Below, piece after piece: positions 48,974 through 58,670 of a stretch of DNA of 64,000 nt. The notes below the pieces were generated by a model. That model was not told the DNA's origin and did no database searches. It saw only the letters and a program-made list of their open reading frames with translations. The first letter of the stretch is position 1; the number at the start of each line of letters is the position of its first letter. Made by a program: the position numbers and the translations under genes. Origin of the DNA: Minisyncoccota bacterium (GTDB lineage: Bacteria; Patescibacteriota; Minisyncoccia; Phycocordibacterales; UBA9973); contig JBAZSF010000002.1 of NCBI GenBank assembly GCA_041662525.1, forward strand, positions 3,121 through 67,120, read 5' to 3'.

Positions 48974-49610
48974 ACTCTATTTTTATTTTCCCTTCTATCT
49001 CTCCTGGATTGAAAACTTTATAAAATACTTCGACTACTTCTTCGGTGCCGAGCTGGGCTGAATTTATACCACAACGAGAAAGGCCTTGCTGAATGACAGC
49101 TACCCTCTCTTCCAACTGGGACCTTTTTTCTTCGAAAGCTATTTGTTGGGCGGCTTTTATTTCTTCTTTATTTTTTCTTGAAAATATTCTATCTATTATT
49201 CCAGAATCTGATTTAAAGGTAGAGTTGGTGTAAGGCACTACTACAAAAAAGTTTTTGGTCATGATAGCCACGGAATCAGTAAAATTTTTAATAAATTCTA
49301 TATATTCTCTGGTTTGTAATTTTAAAAGGGGTTCATTTTGTACTTTAATTCTATTTTCTAAAAGTAGGAGATATGGCCTGATGTCTAGTCTTCTAGACTG
49401 TATTGATATTTGTACAGAAAAATCTAAAGTATTAAGAAAGTTTTGGAATTGCATTATGGTTGCTTGTTGTTCATCAGAAGACTTTAGAGATAGATTTACA
49501 GAATTAGCTAAAACAATAGCTCGTAATTCTTCGTTTTTTAACACGATTATTCCATCACGGACTTCCTTGATCGGGACAAACTCTTGAGTTGCTTTTGCAT
49601 TTAAGGCCAT
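48972..49610 (-). CDS. VirB4-associated protein (TraC N-terminal-like)
   Basis: IRDG-type start, N..LKS.DEQ, FLN.LDF.VQI; between PrgI and VirB4. Confidence 0.7.
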   Translation of the reverse strand: MALNAKATQEFVPIKEVRDGIIVLKNEELRAIVLANSVNLSLKSSDEQQATIMQFQNFLNTLDFSVQISIQSRRLDIRPYLLLLENRIKVQNEPLLKLQTREYIEFIKNFTDSVAIMTKNFFVVVPYTNSTFKSDSGIIDRIFSRKNKEEIKAAQQIAFEEKRSQLEERVAVIQQGLSRCGINSAQLGTEEVVEVFYKVFNPGEIEGKIKIE

Positions 49611-49614
49611 ATTT

Positions 49615-50058
49615 TTATTGTAAATTGTTTCCTTTTTGTTTACTTAAATCTAATACATCTAAACTCCAAGCTAGATCTCGCAATTTGCTTCCGTTTAATT
49701 CTAAATTATTTGAATGCATCATTTGAATTTTATTTTTCTTCCCGTCTGTATCAGCCATATTTGAAGTATTGCGGGCAGATACACTTTTTTTCCAAATATA
49801 AAGTTTATTTTGGGTAAAATATTTGAAACTAGATTCAATCATATTGATGAAAGGTTTGTTGTTTGGTTTGTAAAAAGTAAGAGCGAGTGAGAATCCGGCA
49901 ATAGCCAAAATTGGGATTAATCCTAAAATAAGACCTAGTAATTTATAAAGAATAAAACATAGACCTGCTCCACCTGCCAAGTAAACAAATTCCCTAAAAG
50001 TAAAAGGGCCAAATATTTTATCTTCAATGTCTAAAAATTGTGGAACTTTAAATTGCAT
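49615..50058 (-). CDS. PrgI family protein
   Basis: VPQFLDIEDKIFGPFTFREF, two TMs. Confidence 0.85.
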   Translation of the reverse strand: MQFKVPQFLDIEDKIFGPFTFREFVYLAGGAGLCFILYKLLGLILGLIPILAIAGFSLALTFYKPNNKPFINMIESSFKYFTQNKLYIWKKSVSARNTSNMADTDGKKNKIQMMHSNNLELNGSKLRDLAWSLDVLDLSKQKGNNLQ

Positions 50059-50209
50059 GGGGCAAGCAACGGCTTAATCTAATTATAACAACAAATGAGG
50101 AGCAAAAACAAATTTATTTGTTTATTGTCCGAATGCTGTTGTTATATGGTATTCCATATAATATAGATTTTTTCTAGCACCTAGTGTTTCTGATGTTTTT
50201 TGTTGGCAT

Positions 50210-50782
50210 TTATTCCGGAATTTCTCTGTATGGATCGATGGCTGGCTTGCTCACTATGATTTTTGGTGGAGTTGGAATGCTTGCTTTGGTAATATTTTCT
50301 ATAGAATGTTCAGTTTTTACTATTGGAACCTGAAAAGAACCAGATAGTTTTTGCGCCAAGATCGGAGGTGCTTTTTTTATTTCTTTTTTATTTTCATCTA
50401 TAATTTCAATCCCTGCAGAATTTAATATTTGCATATCACTTTCCCCTTCCGATGATTTTATCAAGCTTTCTTTTATTTTTACAAAAACTAGCTCATTCAT
50501 TTCTTTTACCAATTCATTTACTTCATCTCCAGAAAGATGCATTCTGTTTGCTAGTTCTTTTGGGTAATTTTCTGGACCAAGAAGCCCGCAAAGTAATAAT
50601 TCTGTTTCAGTCTCTAGGTCTCCTAATTGTTCAAAGGTATATCCTTTTGTTTTCCTCATTTCCAAGATAACTGCTTTGTAATCAACAGTGTTGATGGCGT
50701 TTCGGGTTTCTTTTGGCAATTCCGCTTTTGCTTTTTCAATTTTTATTTGTAATAAATCTGTTGTGTTTTCTATATTATCCAT
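50210..50782 (-). CDS. Hypothetical protein (paralog of next gene)
   Basis: GL..P..L...N..VF..I motif; ends DPYRE. Confidence 0.6.
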   Translation of the reverse strand: MDNIENTTDLLQIKIEKAKAELPKETRNAINTVDYKAVILEMRKTKGYTFEQLGDLETETELLLCGLLGPENYPKELANRMHLSGDEVNELVKEMNELVFVKIKESLIKSSEGESDMQILNSAGIEIIDENKKEIKKAPPILAQKLSGSFQVPIVKTEHSIENITKASIPTPPKIIVSKPAIDPYREIPE

Positions 50783-50801
50783 ATATTTATTGTAGTATAT
50801 A

Positions 50802-51272
50802 TTATTTTTTTATAAAAAAGACTGGTAAGACTGTGTCTGGTGCTTCTTTATTGTTTACATTTTCTTTTTGTTCCAAGAAAGCAGAATAATCTCCACCAGA
50901 GAGAATAAAATTAAGATTTTGTTCAGCGGATGCATTTTTTACCTTATCGCTTGTTTTTATTTTTGCTAATATTTTTTCAGAAATTGGTGTAAATATTTTT
51001 TGATTTACTTCTTCCGCTATTTTTTCTGCTTCTGTCTTACTGGTGCCGATATTGTTCTCAATATTTTGCGCGAAGAAATTTGGATCTTCTAATCCCGCTA
51101 AAACAATCAGAATTTCTGCTTGAAAAAGATTTATTTCATCATCTAAGAGTAAATTTTTTTTACCAATTTCTTCCGCAATATTTTCCCAACCAAAAGTACT
51201 TATCACTTCTTGATTTTCTTTTGATAGCTTCGCTACTTCTTCTTTAATTGTTTGTTTTAATTTGTCAGTCAT
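50802..51272 (-). CDS. Hypothetical protein (paralog of previous gene)
   Basis: GLEDP.F...VNQKIF..I motif. Confidence 0.6.
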   Translation of the reverse strand: MTDKLKQTIKEEVAKLSKENQEVISTFGWENIAEEIGKKNLLLDDEINLFQAEILIVLAGLEDPNFFAQNIENNIGTSKTEAEKIAEEVNQKIFTPISEKILAKIKTSDKVKNASAEQNLNFILSGGDYSAFLEQKENVNNKEAPDTVLPVFFIKK

Positions 51273-51278
51273 ATAACT

Positions 51279-53510
51279 TTATGTTTTTGTTCCACTGTCT
51301 AACTTAACCTCTGTCATTATTTTATGGGCAGCTTCTTTATTAAAACCACGATCATTTCCAAAGCTAAATTTTACTATTCTTTGAGCATAAGCCTGCCTCC
51401 TTCTTACATTTTCGGTTTTAATTGTTTGAATTTGTTCTTTCTGTAATTTTTCTAGAGCATCAATATTCTTTCCAGTTCCTTTCCTCTCGTAAGCTTTTCC
51501 AGCACTATCTAGAGTCATATAACTTTCTCCTTTCATGAAAGCAGTTTTGTCCTGTTTTGCATTTTTTAATGCATTTGTTTTTGTTTGTAATTCTAATTGT
51601 GTAATTGTTCCAGCTTTAAAGTCTCTTTCTGCGTCAACCGCTTCTTGCCTCTTCTTTTCAATTGTTTTATCAAGTGTGCTAATTTCTTGTGCATTTGTGC
51701 TCAACAAAGCCTGCAGATCCATTTCAGTTTTATTCAATGCTTGTTTTAATGATTCATCCTCTCTAACTTCAAGTCCTTTTGCTCTCTTTATATTTTTTTC
51801 TACTTTTTCTTTTCGTGTTTGTGCGATTCCGCCTTTTTGTGCTTCACCGAGGTTCATTCCTGTAGCCCCTGATAAGTTTTTGCCGGCAATTTTTACTCCC
51901 CGTACATCAAAACTACTCTTTTGGGCAAAAGCACCAACGCTTGTTAATCCACTAGCGACTTTGTTCATACCCAGCCTATTTCCCCATTCAGACTCTCCAA
52001 ATTTATTTGCTCTACTTGCTAATTTATTAGCAAGAGTTCCCCCACCTCCACCTAGAACACTTCGTCCAGCAATAGCTGTTGCTCCCAACCCTGCTCCCAG
52101 AGCTAATCCGCCTGCAATCTTTGCGCCTTTCATTACCATTTCACCTATCGCGCCAGAACCCTTTTTAGCATAGTCAGTTGCTTTTAGAAGAAGAACTAAA
52201 ATTAATAATGCAGGAAGAATAATTCCCAACAACGATTCTATCATTCGAGTGCTCGATGCTGTTTGAAGGCCTTTAAATATGTCTGCATGAATGAGCATAA
52301 ATATGAAATATAAAAAGAACATAAAAATCGGCGCCATAAAAGAAACTTTGATCAGGCGTGTAAACCAAGCATCCCATCCCAAAGAGTCAATTTTTTTAAA
52401 AGAAGGAACTACTGAAGACATAAAAGCAAAAGGAGAAAAAATAATTAAAACAAAAAATTCTATAAGTCGTCCTAAAAAGCTTAAACCAACTATAATAAGA
52501 CAGTAAGCAGCAAAAAGCATAAGTACTCCAGCGATAAGAAGCATACCAATTAATATTCCAGGTGCTACTTTGGCAGCTGGGGGTACAGGAACTCCGTTTA
52601 TTGGTTCTTGTTGCTTAGCATTATCTAAATATTCCTGACTTACTAATTTTGTAGGGTCAAAAGCGTTTACTAATCCCCCCGCAACATCTTTTTCTCTATT
52701 CCCCGTGCTTGTATACGGCCTGTCATTTCCTTGTGCATCTTTTGTGTTAACGCTTACTTTATTATAAAAAATCAACGCTAAAATATTAGAAGAATCAATA
52801 ATAACTTGAGTGAAAAACATAGAAAAGTTTATAAGTAGTGCCATTATTACGACACTTCCTATCATTTTTTTAACCTCAGACCCTCCCATTCCTAAAATAA
52901 CTTTAATAGCTATATAAAGCAATATGAGTATAAAGAAAATATTAGAAAGATCGCGCACTATCCCCCAAGCTTCTCTTACAAAAGGGTTGGAAAGAAATGA
53001 ACTATATAAAGTTATATTTACCAAGACATTAAAAAAATATGCGGATACATATAGCAACCAACTAGGAATAACATAAAAAATACCATAAAAAAGTTGGATA
53101 AAACATCCAGGCCAAAAAGTACCTGAAGCAAGAGGGTTAACAGAACATTTATTGTCAGTAATTTCTTTTTCAAAAGCTGATTGATTTGGATTAGGTGTTG
53201 CGGGTGCTGCCGGGTCTGCTGGTGTGTCGTCTATCGTCGGCTGTCCTGCTGTTATAACCCACTGATTGTTAAATGTATCCACACAAGGTGCATTAGTTGG
53301 CGGAGTAGTATCACAAGCTTCTTGAGGATCAGATGCAGAGGCATGCACCATCACCATCGGTCCAAAAATACCGATCAAGACAAAAAGCAAAAATCCCAAT
53401 ACTAAAATTTTACTTTTCTTGCCCCGTAGTGAGCTTTGCTCTACTACTGGAGTAGTATAAAATTTATTTTTTCCAGTAACAGAATTTTCTTTTGTTAAAT
53501 CTTTTGACAT
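51279..53510 (-). CDS. VirB6/TrbL-like polytopic membrane protein
   Basis: W..VRDLSN.FFI, ALLINFS.F, R...LII.SP.AF, Gly/Ala-rich tail. Confidence 0.75.
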   Translation of the reverse strand: MSKDLTKENSVTGKNKFYTTPVVEQSSLRGKKSKILVLGFLLFVLIGIFGPMVMVHASASDPQEACDTTPPTNAPCVDTFNNQWVITAGQPTIDDTPADPAAPATPNPNQSAFEKEITDNKCSVNPLASGTFWPGCFIQLFYGIFYVIPSWLLYVSAYFFNVLVNITLYSSFLSNPFVREAWGIVRDLSNIFFILILLYIAIKVILGMGGSEVKKMIGSVVIMALLINFSMFFTQVIIDSSNILALIFYNKVSVNTKDAQGNDRPYTSTGNREKDVAGGLVNAFDPTKLVSQEYLDNAKQQEPINGVPVPPAAKVAPGILIGMLLIAGVLMLFAAYCLIIVGLSFLGRLIEFFVLIIFSPFAFMSSVVPSFKKIDSLGWDAWFTRLIKVSFMAPIFMFFLYFIFMLIHADIFKGLQTASSTRMIESLLGIILPALLILVLLLKATDYAKKGSGAIGEMVMKGAKIAGGLALGAGLGATAIAGRSVLGGGGGTLANKLASRANKFGESEWGNRLGMNKVASGLTSVGAFAQKSSFDVRGVKIAGKNLSGATGMNLGEAQKGGIAQTRKEKVEKNIKRAKGLEVREDESLKQALNKTEMDLQALLSTNAQEISTLDKTIEKKRQEAVDAERDFKAGTITQLELQTKTNALKNAKQDKTAFMKGESYMTLDSAGKAYERKGTGKNIDALEKLQKEQIQTIKTENVRRRQAYAQRIVKFSFGNDRGFNKEAAHKIMTEVKLDSGTKT

Positions 53511-53545
53511 TTTTTATAAACTTATTTTGGTATTTATATTTTCTT

Positions 53546-55663
53546 CTATTGTCCAGATAATCCTAGATTAAATACAGAATTCAATAAGTTGCTTTCGTTT
53601 TTTATCATTATCCATATTTTTGGTTTCAAATTATCCTTGTTGAATGTTACTGTCTCTCCTATACCAGCATTATCCATATTTGCGAATGAGACAGGAGCAG
53701 ATATTGGCCAACTAGCATTCCCTCCCCATACATTGAGTCTTTCATATTGATTTTTTAGCTCCGCATACCACTGATCGATATTGTTGGGATCTGTGGTCAC
53801 TACCATATTAGTATTGGCTGCTTGGTTGATTTGAGCCATGCCCATAGATATAAATGATTTAGCTGCTGAGGTGTCAGCCACAAAATACACCGCTTGGCCT
53901 GGATATAATCTAACACCAAACTCAGGTTTACCGAGCGTAAGATTATTGTAATTGTGATTGGTAGGGTTTTCAGACTGAGATATTGGAATACCTACAGTAA
54001 TAGGTACAATGACATTTTTGGCGGGACTAGAAGAGTCTTTTATGACAACAGAAGTAACACCATCTGTTACGCCAGACACGATCAAGTTTGTACCAGAGAG
54101 GATGGCTATCGCAGTCGATTCATTTAGACCTGTTTGAATAGCATAAGGTTCTACTCCACCAGACATAGAGGCGATGACTTGACCACCAGCAGTAGTGAAA
54201 ATATTTGCTGGAGTAACCATGATGGCTCCAATAGCACTTACTGTAATAGTGATAGTGACATTCTGAGTTGGGTTAGATGAATCTTGGACTACGATTGAAG
54301 TTGTTCCAGGTGCAATTCCAGTGATTGTGAGTTTATTTCCAGAGGAACTAGAAGTATTAATTATAGCAGTAGCTATAGAAAATGTGTCTGTTTGAAATTG
54401 AATATCATAATTTCCTGAACCGCCTGATATCGTTGTGCTGGTTGTTTGTCCGACATAAACCGAAACATTATTTGGAATATTCAAAGATCCGATTGTGGGA
54501 GTACTACCATCTAAGGTAGTGCCATTATAGCTCCAATTGTCCACTGGAGGTGTGCCACTAACTGCACCTGAGAGAGCATTCAAACCTTTATCTAAAAAGT
54601 GATTTAAAAGGGCATCAAAAATTGAAGCCAAACTATTACCTATCGCCCCATCAAGTGCGGTTTGTAGGAATGGAGTACCAACGGCGGTAAATATTTGGTT
54701 TGCTGCCACTGAACCAGGAGTAGTGTTTTTTAAACCACCTGGACAAGCATTTGTCAGTGCCCATGTAGCTTTTGCCCCTGCTTCATTTGCATAATAATCA
54801 TGAACATAGTCATCGTATGCTTGTTGGTCTTCTGGATTTGTTGGTAAGTTGTTACCTTCAGAATCAAGACCCCCTTCTCTTACTACTGGTGGATTAAAGG
54901 CGATAGGATTTTGAAAGCTCGGTCTATTAAATTCATTTATGCCATTATTATATTTAGGATTAGACGGACAAGTTTGAGGAGAGAGAAAGCCCATGCCTTG
55001 TTGGAGAAGGGATTGGGTTTTTTGCGCGGCATTTTGAGTGGTATTTTGAAGCCCTCTAGCAAGTACGTCAGTCATTTGCATTTGGGATCCTAGATAATTA
55101 TTTTGGGGGTATTGTGTATTTATTAAAAATCCATTCCATCCACCGGCATTAAAATTATTTCTGTAATTTTCAGCTTGCGCTGAATTCATTACTTTGCTCA
55201 AAGTGTATCCCATATTATCGGAAAGTTTGCTTTTGTAACTATTTATCGCACTTAAAGCAAATTGTTTTCCGAAAGGATATAGTAAGCTGTCGTAGCCGAA
55301 TGTATTTACTACATTTTTTAGCTCTGATTTTGCTATATCTCTAAAGAAAGAGTCAGGATTTTCTAAGAAAAGTGGTGATCCATGAAAATCAGAATTTATC
55401 CAATTTATAGTGGCTTGAGTCATTTTTGCCAAGATTCGTTTGGCGGCCATTTTAAGTAATTGATTGCCTATGTATTCTGCCCAATTTTTAATATCAAAAC
55501 TTTCGCTTAAGAAATCCATAACTGGTACCCCTGGTCCTGGTGCTGGGGCTACAGCTTCAGTTTGTTTTGGCCTAGAAAATAAAACAGCAGGAGTGATAAT
55601 TGAAATGATTAAAAGAATGGAGATAAATTTTATTGTTTTATTTTTAGTTGAGTTTTTTTTCAT
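53546..55663 (-). CDS. Large exported protein with Ig-like repeats
   Basis: Signal peptide; two ISGG/MSGG...V.DSS.P...V.ITV repeats. Confidence 0.6.
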   Translation of the reverse strand: MKKNSTKNKTIKFISILLIISIITPAVLFSRPKQTEAVAPAPGPGVPVMDFLSESFDIKNWAEYIGNQLLKMAAKRILAKMTQATINWINSDFHGSPLFLENPDSFFRDIAKSELKNVVNTFGYDSLLYPFGKQFALSAINSYKSKLSDNMGYTLSKVMNSAQAENYRNNFNAGGWNGFLINTQYPQNNYLGSQMQMTDVLARGLQNTTQNAAQKTQSLLQQGMGFLSPQTCPSNPKYNNGINEFNRPSFQNPIAFNPPVVREGGLDSEGNNLPTNPEDQQAYDDYVHDYYANEAGAKATWALTNACPGGLKNTTPGSVAANQIFTAVGTPFLQTALDGAIGNSLASIFDALLNHFLDKGLNALSGAVSGTPPVDNWSYNGTTLDGSTPTIGSLNIPNNVSVYVGQTTSTTISGGSGNYDIQFQTDTFSIATAIINTSSSSGNKLTITGIAPGTTSIVVQDSSNPTQNVTITITVSAIGAIMVTPANIFTTAGGQVIASMSGGVEPYAIQTGLNESTAIAILSGTNLIVSGVTDGVTSVVIKDSSSPAKNVIVPITVGIPISQSENPTNHNYNNLTLGKPEFGVRLYPGQAVYFVADTSAAKSFISMGMAQINQAANTNMVVTTDPNNIDQWYAELKNQYERLNVWGGNASWPISAPVSFANMDNAGIGETVTFNKDNLKPKIWIMIKNESNLLNSVFNLGLSGQ

Positions 55664-55692
55664 TTCCTTATATTTATTATATAATTTTTAAC

Positions 55693-56616
55693 TTAGTTGT
55701 TCAATTTTTGTTTGATGGTATTTATAAGGTTGTTGGCTGAAGATGTTAAAGTCGCAGCGTCATTTCCATACTGGACGATGGCGTTTATTGCCACTATCGG
55801 ATCACCATCATAAAGCTTTATATCACTAATATTTTCCACCATTTTTTCAGAATTATTTATTAATGCTAAATGAAAAAGTGAGAGAGATTGTGGAACTTGT
55901 ATTTTTAATGACTCACTGATGATTTGATTTGTTTTATTAATGATCAAATCAAGTTCTGATAATTTTTCAATATTTGTTTCATCTGCCACAAATTCTTGCA
56001 AGATAGTCGATACTCCTTTTTTGATATGTTGTTTTAAATAAATAGCATTTAAAGCGTCGCTATATTTTTGGATGGCTTGTTTGGTGTCACTGTTTATGAT
56101 TTTAATATCAGAAATCGTATAGATTTTTCTCTGGGTAGAATTTTCTATTTTTTCTGAGAGAGAATTACTCAAGGCGTCTATGGTTTCTTGGTTCACTTGA
56201 CCATTTTGGTTTAGAGCGGCCACTGTGGTAAAAAGTTCTCTGGAGAATTTTTCCGTTTGAGTTAAATTCTCTGTTCCTGCGGAAGCAAGGCCTCCGCTTG
56301 TCGTTCCCGTGTCTTTTCCTTGTTCAGATCTTAATTTACTTAATGCTGAGCTGTCAGGTGTGCCTGGGTTGGTTTCTTTTTTAGTTGGGTCAAGTCCATA
56401 TAAACCTTCTTGCCAGTCCGGTATTCCATCACCATCAGTATCTTTGTTCACTAAATCTTCTATGGTTGCATTTTCATCATAAGATAAACCATTTGGATTT
56501 ATTTCTTGTTTAGATATTTCAGTATTTTTAAAGATAGATGTCTTTTGAAAAAGAAAAAGTACCACTAAAAAAAGCACCGCTAAGATGATTAGAATTATCC
56601 TTTTGTGTTTTACCAA
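55693..56616 (-). CDS. Membrane-anchored protein with DxDxDG calcium-binding motif
   Basis: DTDGDGIPDWQE.LYG.DP. Confidence 0.65.
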   Translation of the reverse strand: MVKHKRIILIILAVLFLVVLFLFQKTSIFKNTEISKQEINPNGLSYDENATIEDLVNKDTDGDGIPDWQEGLYGLDPTKKETNPGTPDSSALSKLRSEQGKDTGTTSGGLASAGTENLTQTEKFSRELFTTVAALNQNGQVNQETIDALSNSLSEKIENSTQRKIYTISDIKIINSDTKQAIQKYSDALNAIYLKQHIKKGVSTILQEFVADETNIEKLSELDLIINKTNQIISESLKIQVPQSLSLFHLALINNSEKMVENISDIKLYDGDPIVAINAIVQYGNDAATLTSSANNLINTIKQKLNN

Positions 56617-56706
56617 AAATATTTTAATAACAAGTTAATTGTAACATCTCTTTTAAAAGGAAACTAGGTTTTTGGGGATATCTAGACACTAGATTATGTT
56701 ATAATT

Positions 56707-57708
56707 ATGATTATGAGAACGTTTTATTTTTATTTATTTATTATTTTTACTCTCTTTTCTTTTTCACAGACTATTTTTGCAGTTTCTACTGATTGTAGTA
56801 TTACTCTTAAATTAAGAGTAGGTTCTAAGGGTACTGAAGTAGAATGTCTTCAAAGAAAAATAGGAATAGTGGCAGATGGTAGCTTTGGATCCTTGACCAA
56901 GGTTGCAATTTTAACTTTCCAATCAAATAACGGCTTGGTAACTGATGGCATCGTTGGTCCCCTTACCCGTGCAACCTTAAATGCTGTGAAGGTAGGCAAT
57001 ATTTACCCAGAAGGCTGTATTTCAAATGCAGGATTTAGTCCAAAAACTGGTATTAAGTGTGATAATATCGTAAAAAGTGTTGTAAATAAAGGATTAAACC
57101 CTACCTCTGCCCCTATCTCTAATTCTACTCCTACACCTACTCCCAAAGTTGCTTCTAATAGTATTAATATGGATCAGTTTATTAAAACAGTAGTGGAAGT
57201 GAGCAGAAAATCTGGTTCCAGTGAAGAAGATATTAAAATTATAGCGGATACTCTCAGGGAAACAATTATAAATAGTGATGTTGATTATAATAAAAAATTT
57301 GAAGAATTACTTACAAATGAAAGTAAATTAAGCGCTAATTTAAAAACCAAGCCACTTTCATCTTTGTTTGACAAAGTTCTTACCAAAACCTTTTCCTTTT
57401 TAGGAATTAAACCTCCTATTGCGCATGCAGCAGTTGGTATACCATTTGGTGGTGCTTTACTTTTTCCTTTTTTCTGCGCATACAATGCTAGCTGGATGAT
57501 CACTATTTCTCCTTTACCACCGACTTTTGTAAGCCTTCTCACTTATTATCCAGGAACTCAAGGATTTGCAAGCTATAATATACCTTTTACTAGTTGGTTA
57601 CTTGGGGATTATGTAACACCTGGTGTTTGTATCATACCTGCTCATCATCCTATCGTTATTCCTACCACCGGCACCATTACTCCAATGGTTGGTTCTTCCC
57701 CGCTTTAG
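56707..57708 (+). CDS. Peptidoglycan-binding domain protein
   Basis: LRVGSKGTEVECLQ, DGSFGSLT, FQSNNGL.TDGIVGPLT. Confidence 0.75.
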   Translation: MIMRTFYFYLFIIFTLFSFSQTIFAVSTDCSITLKLRVGSKGTEVECLQRKIGIVADGSFGSLTKVAILTFQSNNGLVTDGIVGPLTRATLNAVKVGNIYPEGCISNAGFSPKTGIKCDNIVKSVVNKGLNPTSAPISNSTPTPTPKVASNSINMDQFIKTVVEVSRKSGSSEEDIKIIADTLRETIINSDVDYNKKFEELLTNESKLSANLKTKPLSSLFDKVLTKTFSFLGIKPPIAHAAVGIPFGGALLFPFFCAYNASWMITISPLPPTFVSLLTYYPGTQGFASYNIPFTSWLLGDYVTPGVCIIPAHHPIVIPTTGTITPMVGSSPL

Positions 57709-58630
57709 AAGCTAAGATTATCCAATCTTCGAGAGTTAAATCTTCCGCTCTTTTATTTTTCAAATCTGCCAAAGCAAGGCTTTGGCAGACGTTCTTTAAA
57801 TTACTCGAGAGCTTTTTTCTTTTGTGTGCGAATCCCGCTTTTACTATTTCCCAAAATTTTTCTTCGAAGATCTGATTGTTCAAAGATTTATTTTGAACAG
57901 TCCCGTTGCCTCCCTCTCTTTTATAAGGAGAGGGTTGGGGTGAGGTGAATTTTTCCCTCGAAATATTTTTTATTGAAATAATAGCCGAATCAACTTTTGG
58001 TGCGGGTGAAAAATATCTTTTATCAACTTTCATTATCATTTTTGGCTCTCCATAAGCTTTGACAGAAATCGAAAGGATACTTTCTTTTACCCTGAGCGGA
58101 GTCGAAGGGTTGCTTCCCTTTCCCACTATTCTTTTGGCAACTTCATGTTGTACCATTAATACCATGAGCTCTGGTTGATGTAATCCCCCTAGAAATTTTT
58201 TCAAAATTGCGCCAGTAATATTGTAAGGGATGTTGGCGATGATTTTAAAATCAGGTGATTCAAAGTTTTTGGAATGGTCTGGCCGGGATAGGGACCCGGA
58301 GAACCGAGGACCTGAGAAAAACTTTTGAATCACCTGATTTATATTAAAATCAAGGATATCCTCATTTATCAAAATTAATTTATTTTCTAAAATTTCTTTT
58401 TCAAATTTCTCTTTTAAAAATTCAAAAAGTTCACGGTCTTTTTCTACCGCGATAACAGTTCCAGATTTTTCTAAAAGTTTTTTTGTTAAAGCCCCCTTCC
58501 CTGGTCCTATTTCTAAAATTACATCATCTGATTTGATTTCCCCTGCTTCAATAATTTTTCGTAGAGCCAACTCTGATTTTAAAAAATTTTGCCCTAATGA
58601 TTTTTTTGCTTTATGATTTTTTATTTGCAT
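57677..58630 (-). CDS. rsmA: 16S rRNA m6,2A dimethyltransferase with three in-frame insertions
   Basis: KKSLGQNFL, EIGPGKG, ANIPYNIT, PAPKVDS, RAEDL. Confidence 0.95.
   Translation of the reverse strand: MQIKNHKAKKSLGQNFLKSELALRKIIEAGEIKSDDVILEIGPGKGALTKKLLEKSGTVIAVEKDRELFEFLKEKFEKEILENKLILINEDILDFNINQVIQKFFSGPRFSGSLSRPDHSKNFESPDFKIIANIPYNITGAILKKFLGGLHQPELMVLMVQHEVAKRIVGKGSNPSTPLRVKESILSISVKAYGEPKMIMKVDKRYFSPAPKVDSAIISIKNISREKFTSPQPSPYKREGGNGTVQNKSLNNQIFEEKFWEIVKAGFAHKRKKLSSNLKNVCQSLALADLKNKRAEDLTLEDWIILASKAGKNQPLE
58241..58351 (-). mobile_element. Rod-shaped element, B-type head, in frame in rsmA
   Basis: Head 58274-58313; arms aaatcaggtgattcaaagttttt / aaaaacttttgaatcacctgattt. Confidence 0.85.
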
Positions 58631-58637
58631 TTTTTTT

Positions 58638-58669
58638 GCTAATGCCTAGAGCCTAAAGCCTAGTGCCTA
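58638..58669. repeat. TAGGCnn heptamer tandem repeat
   Basis: gctaat gcctaga gcctaaa gcctagt gccta. Confidence 0.7.
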
Positions 58670-58670
58670 T

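Noticed and set aside
51535-52173. 212-aa antisense ORF and other shadow ORFs in the track
   Set aside because: Lie opposite or within well-supported genes and have no recognisable motifs.
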